A stretch of DNA of 45,841 nucleotides from Desulfobacterales bacterium (GCA_030589165.1 JAUUWG010000003.1:1-45841); one strand, 5' to 3'; shown: positions 1-10,097, numbered from the stretch's first letter. A program made the numbers and translations. The notes: a model not told the origin generated them from the letters alone.

Positions 1-993
1 CAATTACGAACGGATATGGTTAAACTTCATTCAGAACGACGGCAATACAGGCGATTTCGGAGATATCGTAAAACCCGTTATCGTAAACCCAGGTTTTTAA
101 ATCGAGGCAACAAGCAAAAAGGCTGGTTAGCCCCTTCCATTCAACATAAGCTCGATTCTCATATCAAAGTCGTTGAACGAGTTAAAAAAATTCTGCCGAT
201 TTCAAACATTGTCGTTGAAGTGGCGGGTTTTGATATCCAGAAAATCAAAAATCCTGATATCCAAAGCAAGCAATATCAACAAGGCGAACAATTGGGATTT
301 TGGAATGTCCGGCAATACATACTTCACCGAGACAATCATATTTGTCAGTAATGCAAGGGTAAATCCAAAGATCCGATTTTGAATATTCACCACATTATTT
401 CAAGACAAATCGGCAGAAATCGGCCGGATAATTTGATTACCTTTTGCGAAACTTGTCACAAGAAATACCATAAGGGTGAAATTAAACTGAAAGTTAAAGC
501 CACAAACGGCTTTAAGGCTGAAACCTTTATGTCAACGGTTCGTTGGAAACTGGTTAATCAACTTAAAGAGTCCGGCAATACGGTATCGCATACTTACGGA
601 TACATTACAAAGCATCACCGGATTAAGCAGAAATTGCAAAAATCTCACGTTCTTGATGCATATGTAATTGCAGGTGGAAACGGTCAAAGACGACTTTCCA
701 ATATGTTTTTCAGCAAACAGGTTCGTAAATGTAACCGAAAGCTGTTTAAAGGTATCCGAAGTCATATCAGGAATACCGCTCCACGTTTCATTCATGCTTT
801 TCAACGATTCGACAAAGTTCTATGGAATGGGATCGAGTGTTTTATTTTTGGCCGTCGAAAGACGGGGTATTTCGCCTTACGGAAGCTGGATGGAACGAAC
901 ATTCATACATCAGCAAAGGCAAAAGACTGCACATTGTTGGAATCAGCAAATACTTTATTAACAGAAAGGAGGGCGGTATCCCTCCCCGCCTGA
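1..993 (+). pseudogene. iscB: IscB RNA-guided endonuclease (IS200/IS605 OMEGA family), 5'-truncated by the window edge, with an in-frame TAA at 349-351
   Basis: ORFs 16..351 and 379..993 are in the same frame. Motifs: Arg-rich bridge helix RRQYRRFRRYRKTRYRKPRFLNR, GWLAPS, RuvC-II VEVAGFD, HRDNHICQ*CKG zinc knuckle, HNH (NIHHI...NLITFCETCHKKYH), RuvC-III SHVLDAYVIA. The frame is open from base 1. Confidence 0.9.
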
Positions 994-1027
994 ATCAAAG
1001 ATTCAGACGGGGTCTCTTGCCGCGTTT
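984..1027 (+). mobile_element. Subterminal hairpin and probable end of the IscB-encoding IS200/IS605-type element
   Basis: CCCCGCCTGAATC-AAA-GATTCAGACGGGG (984-1012; 13-bp stem, 1 mismatch) overlaps the iscB stop. Such hairpins are typical IS200/IS605 ends. The exact boundary is inferred. Confidence 0.7.
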
Positions 1028-3643
1028 ATGATGAAAAACATATACAAGCAAGAATCAAAGTTTCTGAAACAAAAAAGGGAGCAGCTGATTTCAAGTCTTT
1101 TAAAAGGGAAAGAGCCGGATTTTCTATATAAAAACGCCGGGCTTTTAGATGATTATTTTTGCAAGAGCTTTGAAAAAAGCATCATCGGTCCCAAGATGAA
1201 TTTCAGCAAGAATCCCTATGCCTTGATCGCTCTGGGTGGCTATGGACGAAAAGAACAGTGTATTTATTCCGATGTCGATCTTCTTTTACTTTTCAGCAAA
1301 AAACTCCCTGATGAGGCCGAGGAACTCGTTCGAGAGATTATTTATCCACTGTGGGATATCGGACTTGATGTGGGTTACGCCACCCGTTCCCTCAATGAAT
1401 CCATAAACCTGTCAAGAAAAGACTTTGAGGTTCTTACCTCTCTTTTGGATGCCCGTTTTATATGCGGAATGTCCCAGTTGTATACGGAAATCACGACCCT
1501 GCTCAGGAAAAAAATCGTTTCCGGCCGATCCGGAGAAATAATAAGATGGCTTGTGCAAAGAAACGAGGACCGACATCTGCGTTTCGGAGACTCTACATAC
1601 CTTCTTGAACCCAACCTGAAAGAGGGCCAGGGCGGTTTGAGAGACTACCACACCATGCTGTGGATCGCCCGGATAAAATCCGACCTCAAACGCCCCAGAG
1701 ATCTCGAATATAACGGCTACCTGTCATATGCAGACTTTAAAACCTTAACCAAAGCACTCTCATTTATATGGAACGTAAGAAACCGATTACATCATCTGAC
1801 CGGCAGAAAATGCGATCAGCTTAACTTTGAATACCAGATAAAGCTTGCCGATGCTTTGGGCTTCAAAAAAGAAAACGGCCAGGAACCCGTAGAAATTTTT
1901 TTAGGAGAGCTTCACGGCCGGATGGAATTCATCAAAGAGCATAACCTTATATTCCTTGCCGAACTGGGTTCTCCTAAAAAGTTAACCCTCAAAAACAAGC
2001 TGACCAAAATAAACGGGCTGGAAATCATAAAGGATATGTTGAACATTACTTCTTCCGAACAAGTACTCCATTCACCCGAACTTCTGATCAAAATTTTTGA
2101 AGAGAGTTCACGCTTAAAAATCCCCTTGAGTGCCGAGGCCAAGCGGGTTATAAAAGAATTCGGCTATCTTGTTGACGACAATTTCAGGTCTTGTGCTTCC
2201 TGCATCAAAACTTTTGAACGTATTTTAGCCGCTCCGCCCTCACCGTTTAATGTATTGAATGAAATGTTAAACACGGGCTTTTTGACAAAGTTCATACCCG
2301 AAATAGAACAAATCGTTAATCGTATTCAGTACGACGAATATCATCTCTATCCCGTAGACAAGCATTCTTTGCGGACGGTTCAAGCAGTAAAAAAATTCGG
2401 CGAGCCTGAAAAGACCGGTGAGGACCAATTATGCCATGACCTGTATAAGGAGCTTTCCAATCGAAAACCGCTCCTTTGGGCAGCTCTTCTTCATGACATC
2501 GGCAAGGGGGATTCAGGCGGAGGGCATTCAAAAAAAGGTGCTGTAATTGTTCGATCCATACTTTCAAGAGCGGGCTTACGGCCTGCCGATATTGAAACCG
2601 TATCCTTTTTGGTTTTAGAACATCTGCTTTTGATCAAAACCGCAACGAGAAGAGATGTCAATGAAGAGGAGACAGCTGTTTTTTGTGCAAGAAGAATAAA
2701 GGACCCCGAGCGATTAAAAATGCTTTACCTGCTAACCGTTGCCGATTCCATCTCCACAGGACCAAAAGCTTGGAATGACTGGACTTCAACTCTCTTAAGG
2801 GAACTTTTTTTCAAGGTCCTGAGTATTCTGGAAAAAGGGGAATTGGCCACTACAGAGGCGGTTGAAGCTGTTGAAGAGAAAAAAAATAAAATCTTAAGTT
2901 CAACCCTTACGCCCCAAGACAGAGATGATATAAAAGCGTGTTTGAACCTTATGTCCCCAAGATACCTTCTGTACACTTCCGCAGATGATATCCTTGAACA
3001 CATTAGATTGTACAAGCTTCTGTCAAATGCCGAATTTGTCTGGGAAGTGGCAAAGGACAGTGAATCAAACACAAGAACAGTAACGATTTGTGCTAAAGAC
3101 TCTCCCGGATTATCCTCTAAAATTGCAGGCGTATTCACCTTGAACAACATTGATATTATCGGCGCACAGGTTTACACATGGCGGAATAATATTGCCCTTG
3201 ACATTTTCAATGTCAAGCCTCCCCTGGATCAGATTTTTGAAGATGAAAAATGGGCGCGTGCCAAAGAGAATCTCCAATCCGCCTTATCAGGCGATCTGGA
3301 CCTGAAAGAAGCATTGCGCAAAAAAATTCCGGTTTATCGATCCGACCGGCCATATACATTAGAGAGACCCCATCGCGTAGAAGTTGACAATAAGACTTCC
3401 AGTTTTTTTACCATTATTGAAGTCTTCACTTACGATTTCCCCGGACTGCTTTTCAATATCACGGATGCCCTGTTCAGATGCGGACTCGATGTTTGGATCG
3501 CTAAAATTTCTACCAAAGTCGACCAGGTGGTGGATGTCTTTTATGTCAGAGATTTCGACGGACAAAAAGTTGATTCACCGGGCAATGTCAAGGCAATCAA
3601 GACAGCGATTGAAGAAGTGCTGCCAAAACCTGTTGACACATAA
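1028..3643 (+). CDS. glnD: Bifunctional [protein-PII] uridylyltransferase/uridylyl-removing enzyme
   Basis: NTase motif ALGGYGR..E...SDVDL, EPNLKEGQGGLRD, HD motif LLHDIGKG, two C-terminal ACT domains; adjacent to a PII gene. Confidence 0.96.
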   Translation: MMKNIYKQESKFLKQKREQLISSLLKGKEPDFLYKNAGLLDDYFCKSFEKSIIGPKMNFSKNPYALIALGGYGRKEQCIYSDVDLLLLFSKKLPDEAEELVREIIYPLWDIGLDVGYATRSLNESINLSRKDFEVLTSLLDARFICGMSQLYTEITTLLRKKIVSGRSGEIIRWLVQRNEDRHLRFGDSTYLLEPNLKEGQGGLRDYHTMLWIARIKSDLKRPRDLEYNGYLSYADFKTLTKALSFIWNVRNRLHHLTGRKCDQLNFEYQIKLADALGFKKENGQEPVEIFLGELHGRMEFIKEHNLIFLAELGSPKKLTLKNKLTKINGLEIIKDMLNITSSEQVLHSPELLIKIFEESSRLKIPLSAEAKRVIKEFGYLVDDNFRSCASCIKTFERILAAPPSPFNVLNEMLNTGFLTKFIPEIEQIVNRIQYDEYHLYPVDKHSLRTVQAVKKFGEPEKTGEDQLCHDLYKELSNRKPLLWAALLHDIGKGDSGGGHSKKGAVIVRSILSRAGLRPADIETVSFLVLEHLLLIKTATRRDVNEEETAVFCARRIKDPERLKMLYLLTVADSISTGPKAWNDWTSTLLRELFFKVLSILEKGELATTEAVEAVEEKKNKILSSTLTPQDRDDIKACLNLMSPRYLLYTSADDILEHIRLYKLLSNAEFVWEVAKDSESNTRTVTICAKDSPGLSSKIAGVFTLNNIDIIGAQVYTWRNNIALDIFNVKPPLDQIFEDEKWARAKENLQSALSGDLDLKEALRKKIPVYRSDRPYTLERPHRVEVDNKTSSFFTIIEVFTYDFPGLLFNITDALFRCGLDVWIAKISTKVDQVVDVFYVRDFDGQKVDSPGNVKAIKTAIEEVLPKPVDT

Positions 3644-3662
3644 CAAGTTGTTTGTATTTTAG

Positions 3663-4031
<369 letters not shown>

Positions 4032-4092
4032 GCCAATAAAACTTTAAAACATTTTGAAAAATTGTTCGACCATGGCATAACGTTTTAGTCCC

Positions 4093-4154
4093 AAGCTCAA
4101 AGCTGAAAGGTTGGTGAATGCATAAGCCCTTATTTTTCTTTGAGCTTTCAGCTT
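4093..4154. repeat. Heptamer-based inverted repeat (AGCTCAA/AGCTGAA units)
   Basis: AAGCTCAAAGCTGAAAG ... CTTTGAGCTTTCAGCTT in the intergenic region after glnB. Confidence 0.6.
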
Positions 4155-4235
4155 GAATGTAATTTTCATGGTAAAGTGTCTTTAATCCGCAACCATTTTA
4201 TTATGATGAACAACTTTTGATTAGGTACTTAGATT

Positions 4236-4739
4236 ATGATTATTGCGGTGATGAGCGATACCCACGACAACATATGGAATCTGCGCAAGGCATTGAAAAT
4301 TATCAAGCAAGAGAATGCGGGAATGATAATTCATTGCGGTGATTTTGTTGCCCCGTTTATGCTTACAGAACTTGAAGAAGGGGGAATTCCGGTTCACGGG
4401 GTCTTCGGGAATAATGACGGAGACCAGTACCAGTTGACAAAGGCCTCTCTCACTGTTTTAAAAAAGATTACACTTCACGGCATGATCGGTGAAATTGATA
4501 TGGAGGGTGTTAAAATCGGATTTACCCATTATAAAGATGTGGCAGAAGGTCTGGCAGCCGGTGGTAAGTATCAAATCGTCTGCTTCGGCCATTCCCACAA
4601 ATACCTGAAGAAACAAATCGGTCAAACCCTTCTTTTAAATCCGGGCGAAATAATGGGTAAAGACGGCTTGCCCGGATTCTGTTTTTTTGATACCCATACC
4701 TTTGAAATCAAACAAATTAAAATAAAGGATACGCCTTGA
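4236..4739 (+). CDS. Metallophosphoesterase (YfcE/MJ0936 family)
   Basis: Calcineurin-like motifs SDTHDN, HCGD, GNND, GHSH, NPG. Confidence 0.9.
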   Translation: MIIAVMSDTHDNIWNLRKALKIIKQENAGMIIHCGDFVAPFMLTELEEGGIPVHGVFGNNDGDQYQLTKASLTVLKKITLHGMIGEIDMEGVKIGFTHYKDVAEGLAAGGKYQIVCFGHSHKYLKKQIGQTLLLNPGEIMGKDGLPGFCFFDTHTFEIKQIKIKDTP

Positions 4740-4782
4740 CATTAAATAACGATGTTCTTAATTTTTTAAAGGAGTTTTCTTT

Positions 4783-5514
4783 ATGAAGTTTAAATTTTTT
4801 GTTGCTTTGTTTTTTGTATGCACTTTTTTTTACGCAACAGATTCCATAAGCGCAGAAAAAGAATCAATCAAATCACCTTCCACTTTTTTGTCCCGGGATA
4901 AATACGAATTTGCGCCGGTGCCGGAAGGTTTTGAGATAAAACATGATTTTATCATACAAAACAAAGGGGACGCCGTACTGGATATTAAAAAAGTCAGGAC
5001 CGGCTGAGGGTGTACGGCGGTCTCATATACGAGACAAATCCCTCCCGGCGGTGAGGGAAAGATCACTCTTAAGCTCAATACAAAGTACTATGGTGGGAAA
5101 AGACTCAAGAAAAACATCAGAGTAGAAACAAATGATAAGAATCGCCCGATAATTCATTTGACGATTTCGGGCATGGTCGAAAAATTTGCCTCCATTACCC
5201 CGAACAGAATAAGACTTGCCGGTTGTGTCGGCAAGGAGTTGAAAACTTCGGTAAGCATTATCCCTGAAAAAAAGTATCCGTTCAAAATTGTTAACGTCAC
5301 TGCAAAACAAGGGAAAAATATCCGTTACAAGATAGAGGAATTCAAAAAATCAAAAATATCGGAGTACGTATTGACCGTTGAAAACATAAAAAAAGAAATA
5401 GGCCGCTATTTCGATATTATTCATTTAAAAACAGACAGTAAAATCCAGCCGGAGATCAGCATCAGGGTAATGGGGAATATTTATGGCAGGCCCATCAATA
5501 AGACGGATAAATAG
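4783..5514 (+). CDS. Exported DUF1573-like (Ig-fold) protein, probable selenoprotein with UGA-Sec at 5005-5007 (243 aa by read-through)
   Basis: Signal peptide, then HDFIIQNKGDAVLDIKKVRTG-[TGA]-GCTAVSYTRQIPPGGEGKITL, matching the DUF1573 CGCT...IPPG motif. The frame is open after the TGA and joins ORF 5158..5514 in frame. AAGGAG RBS upstream of 4783. Confidence 0.8.
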
Positions 5515-5520
5515 GCTTTT

Positions 5521-6135
5521 ATGATGGATATTAAAGTGGTTGCTTTCGACTGCGACGGCGTCCTTTTTGATACGACACAGGCGAACACGATTTACTACAA
5601 CAGGCTCCTGGAACATTTCGGCAAACCGGAGATGACTCCTGAACAGTTCAAGTATGTCCACATGCACACCGTTGATAATGCCATTGCCCACCTCTTTGAT
5701 GATGAGAAGACACGCAAGGCGGCTAATGAATACCTTCGTAAAAATGTAAGTTATCTGCCGTTTATCAAATATATGAAGATAGAGCCGTATTTAAAGCCCT
5801 TGCTAAAAAAGCTCAAGCCCTCTTACCATACGGCCATTGCTACAAATCGCAAGGGCACGATGAACCGGATTCTTTCAGAACACGGCATTGAAAAATATTT
5901 TGACCTGGTTGTAACGGCCTTTGATGTGAAACGACCTAAACCCTGCCCGGATTCACTTGTCAATATATTGAAGCATTTTAAAGTAGAACCCCGGCAGGTA
6001 ATTTATATAGGAGATTCGGAGCTGGATGAAAAAGCGGCAAAAGCTGCCGGAATACCATTTGTAGCATACGGCGACCCCTCCCTTTCAGCGGATTTTCATA
6101 TAAAAAACCTCAAGGAGGTTGAAGAGATTCTTTAG
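5521..6135 (+). CDS. HAD-superfamily hydrolase (phosphoglycolate phosphatase-like)
   Basis: Motif I FDCDGVL, ATN, KPCP, YIGDSELD. Confidence 0.9.
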   Translation: MMDIKVVAFDCDGVLFDTTQANTIYYNRLLEHFGKPEMTPEQFKYVHMHTVDNAIAHLFDDEKTRKAANEYLRKNVSYLPFIKYMKIEPYLKPLLKKLKPSYHTAIATNRKGTMNRILSEHGIEKYFDLVVTAFDVKRPKPCPDSLVNILKHFKVEPRQVIYIGDSELDEKAAKAAGIPFVAYGDPSLSADFHIKNLKEVEEIL

Positions 6136-6274
6136 TCTCTTAATTAAAGTTTGAAGTGAGCTAAAGTGATCTAAAGTTGAGGAATTCTATCAATTTTAAA
6201 TATAAAAAAGACGGAGCGAAGCGATTCATTAACTTTAGCTCACTTCACACTTTAGCTCATTTTAGCTCACTTTT
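6136..6274. repeat. Modular palindromic repeat, copy A (AAAGTGA[G/T]CT arms around an ACGGAGCGAAGCGA core)
   Basis: Tandem 10-bp units face inverted CTTTAGCTCA units. It is close to the reverse complement of 21001-21113 and shares arms with 45125-45267. Confidence 0.8.
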
Positions 6275-6276
6275 CT

Positions 6277-6501
6277 TTATTGATTGCCGAATCCGTTTTG
6301 ATCTCCACAGTCCGGACACTGCCAGGTTATTCCGTTACAGGACATTCCCCACAAATTTTCATGCATGCAGTCCTGACAAATACTGAACCCGCATCTGCAT
6401 CTCCAGCAGAACGGAACTTTTTTACCACAGCAGTCACAATTTTTCTCTTTGGCCTTCCGGCGTTTTTCTCTGTATTTATTTTTATTGGCAGAGTATTTCA
6501 T
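6277..6501 (-). CDS. Small Cys-rich putative zinc-finger protein
   Basis: 74 aa with 11 Cys (CDCC, CWRCRC, CQDC, C, CPDC) after a basic N-terminus. Its start overlaps the end of the upstream CoA-binding gene. Confidence 0.7.
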   Translation of the reverse strand: MKYSANKNKYREKRRKAKEKNCDCCGKKVPFCWRCRCGFSICQDCMHENLWGMSCNGITWQCPDCGDQNGFGNQ

Positions 6502-6904
6502 ATTCTATCTTTATACACTTATTCATCACAACGTCTATACCGGCCGCTGTCAGGAAATTTGCAGCCTCCTGATTTTCGATACCCAACTGCATCCAGAAGA
6601 CCTTGGGCCTGAGACGAACCGCTTCCCGTGCATGGGGCATGATCCGGGATGGGCTTCTGAACAGGTTTATAATATCTATGGGTTCATTAATATCGTCAAG
6701 GGACGGATATGCGCGTTCTCCCAATATCTTCCCTTGTCCCGGGTAAACCGGAATAATCCTGTAGCCATGTCTTTTAAGATATACGGCAACCCAGTTGGAG
6801 TCTCTTTCCGGATTAGGGCTTAAACCTACAACAGCAATGGTTATGGATTTTTCCAAAAGATGCTTTAGCTTTTCATTGTCGGTAATTATCTCTCCCGGCT
6901 TCAT
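6482..6904 (-). CDS. CoA-binding protein (YccU-like)
   Basis: TIAVVGLSPNPERDS..V..YL...GY.IIPVYP, FWMQLGI, VVMNKC; GGAG RBS upstream. Confidence 0.92.
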   Translation of the reverse strand: MKPGEIITDNEKLKHLLEKSITIAVVGLSPNPERDSNWVAVYLKRHGYRIIPVYPGQGKILGERAYPSLDDINEPIDIINLFRSPSRIMPHAREAVRLRPKVFWMQLGIENQEAANFLTAAGIDVVMNKCIKIEYEILCQ

Positions 6905-7110
6905 TGGACGACTCCTTTGGCAGTATTGTTGTTTTGCCTCATTCGTGTTATAAAAATTGATTAAATCATGTGTCGTTACTCAGCCACGAAAGCACCAAGG
7001 CACAAGAGAAAATGAATATAAATGTCCCATTATCTAAAAAAGAAAAATTCATTGCAAGAAAAATACTTGATAAAAAACAGGGATTAATACGGATCAACCA
7101 CTAAACAATC

Positions 7111-9807
7111 ATGGAAAAAGAAAAAACATTATATCTGATCGACGGAAGCGCATATATTCACCGTGCCTACCACGCCATCCGCGGACTTTCCAATTCCAAG
7201 GGGCTCCCCACAAATGCCGTTTTCGGCTTTACCCGGATGCTTCTAAAGCTCCTTGAAGAAAAGACCCCGGAATATGCAGCCGTAGTATTTGATTCAAAAG
7301 GGCCGACTTTCAGACATGAAATATATGCCGAATATAAGTCGAATAGGCCTCCCATGCCCGATGATATGGCAGTTCAGATCCCATACATAAAACAAATAAC
7401 CAAGGGGTTGAACATATCCATGATTGAAATGCAGGGATTTGAAGCCGACGACCTTATCGGGACCCTTGCACGTAAGGCGGAAAAGGCGGGCTTTTCCGTT
7501 GTTATGGTTACCGGAGACAAGGATTTTATGCAACTGGTAACGGAAAAAAGCATCTTATGGGACCCCATGAAAGAGAAGACGACGGACATTCATGCAATAC
7601 GAGAATCTTTCGGGATTGAACCCCGCCAGATTATTGATCTCATGGGCCTTACCGGCGACAGTTCCGACAATATCCCCGGCGTGCCCGGCATCGGACCGAA
7701 GACCGGCCTGTGTCTGATCAAAACCTTTGGGAGCATGGAAAATTTATATGAAAAAGTTGATACGATAACAAAGAAAAAACAACACGATAATCTTGTCCAA
7801 TACAAGGATCAAGCCTTTTTGAGCCGAAAACTGGTTAAAATCGATACCAATGTTCCCTTATCCTTTGATCCTGAATCCTATAAATACAAACAACAAACCA
7901 CGGGTGAGAGCAAGCTTTACAACCTGTTTAAGGAGCTTGAATTCAGACAGCTGCAAAAGGAGTTTACCCGGCAGGCGGACCTTTCTGAAAAAAAATACCG
8001 GCCGATTTTCCATATGAAGGAACTTTCCGATCTTGTGGAACGCCTTGAAAACGCAGGGTTATTCGCCCTCGATACCGAGACCACTTCTGAAAACCCGATG
8101 TTGGCAAAGCTTGTGGGACTATCCTTTTGTGTTACTTCCGATGAAGCATTTTATATTCCCTGCGGCCATGATGATCCCGACGCACCCAAACAACTTGAAC
8201 TTTCAGAGGTTTTAAAGCTGCTGAAACCCGTACTTGAAAACAGAAACATCAAAAAGATCGGTCAGAACATTAAATATGACTGGATGGTCCTTGCACGCCA
8301 TGGCGTCCATCTTAAGGGTGTTGTCTTTGATACCATGATCGCCTCTTATCTCATCAACCCTTCAAAGCGGGCACACAATTTAGAGCAGATCGCTTTAGAT
8401 TTTCTCGATCACCAGATGATTACCTATAAAGAGGTCATAAAATCGGCTACCGGCAAAAATAAAAAAGCCGCGGGTTTTGCCGGGGTTCCCATAGAAAAGG
8501 CGTTTCCCTATGCATGTGAAGATGCGGATATCACCTTTAGTGCCTATCATGTTCTTTTATCCCACTTAAAAGAGATAGGACTTACGGAACTTTTTGAAAC
8601 CGTTGAAATGCCCCTTGTTCCTGTTTTGATGAAGATGGAAATGACGGGGATATGTGTAGACAAGAAAAGACTTCGCACCCTTTCAAAGTCCATCGAACAT
8701 GAACTGGAGCAAATTGAAAAAAATATATATTCACTTGCAGGGGAAGAATTCAACATAAGGTCGTCACAACAGATGGGGCGGATACTTTTTGAGAAACTCA
8801 AACTGCCCGTTCAGAAAAAAACAAAAAAAAAGACGGGATATTCAACGGATGTCGATGTTTTAACGACACTTTCAGCCAAACATGAACTCCCTGCCCTGAT
8901 TTTAAGGCACCGGACCCTGGCAAAACTCAAATCAACATATGCCGACGCCCTGCTTGAACTTATTCATCCGGAAACCAATCGTATTCATACCTCATACAAT
9001 CAAACGGTTACCGCAACGGGCCGTCTGAGCAGCTCGGACCCAAATCTTCAAAATATTCCCATCCGGACCGAAGAAGGAAGAGAAATTCGAAAAGCATTTA
9101 TTCCCCGAAAAGGATGGTCCCTGGTTTCAGCCGACTATTCTCAGATTGAACTTCGTATCCTGGCGCATTATTCGGATGACCGGATACTGATAGAGTCTTT
9201 CAAAAATGATGAAGATATTCACACCCGAACGGCAACAGAGGTATTTCAGGTATTTCCGTCTTTTATTACTCCCGAACTCAGGAGGCAGGCAAAGGTTATA
9301 AATTTCGGTATCATATACGGCATGAGCGCTTACCGACTGGCAAAAGAACTCGGTATCAGCAATAAGATGGCAAAAACCTATATAGAAAATTATTTTCAAA
9401 GATACAAAGGCGTTAAAGCTTTTATAGACCGGACAATCAAAGAGGCCGGAAAAACAAAAAAAACAAGCACCCTTCTTGACAGGATCCGTCTTCTGCCCGA
9501 TATTAACAGCTCCAGAACAAACCTGCGCCAGTTTGCCGAACGCATCGCAATCAATACACCTATTCAGGGGACGGCTGCAGACCTTATAAAGGTGGCCATG
9601 ATAAAAGTGGATGACGCATTAAACAAAGAAAAACTTCAAGCGGCAATGCTTCTTTCCGTACATGATGAAATCGTATTGGAAGCCCCTCCTGATGAACTGG
9701 AAACCGTAAAGTGTCTTGTCACGGATATCATGGAAGGGGTATGGGAACTCAAAGTGCCGCTTAAAGTAAACGTGGCATGGGGTAAAAATTGGGCTGATGC
9801 GCATTAG
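7111..9807 (+). CDS. polA: DNA polymerase I
   Basis: 5'-3' exonuclease (LIDGS..RAYHA, EADD, GDSSDNIPGVPGIG), 3'-5' exonuclease (DTETT), polymerase motifs ADYSQIELR, RQAKVINFGIIYG, VHDE. Confidence 0.98.
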   Translation: MEKEKTLYLIDGSAYIHRAYHAIRGLSNSKGLPTNAVFGFTRMLLKLLEEKTPEYAAVVFDSKGPTFRHEIYAEYKSNRPPMPDDMAVQIPYIKQITKGLNISMIEMQGFEADDLIGTLARKAEKAGFSVVMVTGDKDFMQLVTEKSILWDPMKEKTTDIHAIRESFGIEPRQIIDLMGLTGDSSDNIPGVPGIGPKTGLCLIKTFGSMENLYEKVDTITKKKQHDNLVQYKDQAFLSRKLVKIDTNVPLSFDPESYKYKQQTTGESKLYNLFKELEFRQLQKEFTRQADLSEKKYRPIFHMKELSDLVERLENAGLFALDTETTSENPMLAKLVGLSFCVTSDEAFYIPCGHDDPDAPKQLELSEVLKLLKPVLENRNIKKIGQNIKYDWMVLARHGVHLKGVVFDTMIASYLINPSKRAHNLEQIALDFLDHQMITYKEVIKSATGKNKKAAGFAGVPIEKAFPYACEDADITFSAYHVLLSHLKEIGLTELFETVEMPLVPVLMKMEMTGICVDKKRLRTLSKSIEHELEQIEKNIYSLAGEEFNIRSSQQMGRILFEKLKLPVQKKTKKKTGYSTDVDVLTTLSAKHELPALILRHRTLAKLKSTYADALLELIHPETNRIHTSYNQTVTATGRLSSSDPNLQNIPIRTEEGREIRKAFIPRKGWSLVSADYSQIELRILAHYSDDRILIESFKNDEDIHTRTATEVFQVFPSFITPELRRQAKVINFGIIYGMSAYRLAKELGISNKMAKTYIENYFQRYKGVKAFIDRTIKEAGKTKKTSTLLDRIRLLPDINSSRTNLRQFAERIAINTPIQGTAADLIKVAMIKVDDALNKEKLQAAMLLSVHDEIVLEAPPDELETVKCLVTDIMEGVWELKVPLKVNVAWGKNWADAH

Positions 9808-9846
9808 TCTCACTTCAGCTCACTTTTTCGGTTTATCCGGCTTAGG
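9808..9846. repeat. Half copy of the AAGTGAGCT/CCGGATAAACCG repeat, overlapping the 3' end of ORF 9820..10026
   Basis: Reverse complement CCTAAGCCGGATAAACCGAAAAAGTGAGCTGAAGTGAGA matches 20983-21016. Confidence 0.75.
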
Positions 9847-10026
9847 TTTTGTTTCCGTGCTTTCAGCCTCAAGCTTTTCTTTTTCGCCCTTAACGGATTT
9901 TTCGATTGTATTGTAAATCGTTTTGAATGATTCCTCAAAGCTAGTGGGAGAAACCCTTCCGACCTCAATGAATTTCACAACGATCTCTTTGGTCGCCCTG
10001 AGAATTTGTTCGTCGACAGAACCCAT
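9820..10026 (-). CDS. Small hypothetical protein
   Basis: 68 aa with a protein-like core EQILRATKEIVVKFIEVGRVSP and an AGGGGG RBS. The KPKPDKPKK tail is encoded by repeat DNA. Confidence 0.75.
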   Translation of the reverse strand: MGSVDEQILRATKEIVVKFIEVGRVSPTSFEESFKTIYNTIEKSVKGEKEKLEAESTETKPKPDKPKK

Positions 10027-10097
10027 TTACACCCCCTTTTTTAAAAAAAATTTATAATGATTCTGACTTGTTATCAAAAAGTCACAAAAGTGTCAAG

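Noticed and set aside
349-351. Possible recoding (Sec/Pyl) of the stop inside iscB
   Set aside because: The codon is TAA, and it falls between the two Cys of CxxC rather than at a catalytic Cys. A nonsense mutation or sequencing error is simpler.
4073-4090. TGGCATAACGTTTTAG as a sigma-54 promoter after glnB
   Set aside because: It has the -24 GG but lacks the -12 GC.
4783-5007. Separate 74-aa and 118-aa genes as listed in the ORF track
   Set aside because: They are in frame, the intervening sequence continues the same domain, and the second has only a TTG start without a clear RBS. One read-through gene fits better.
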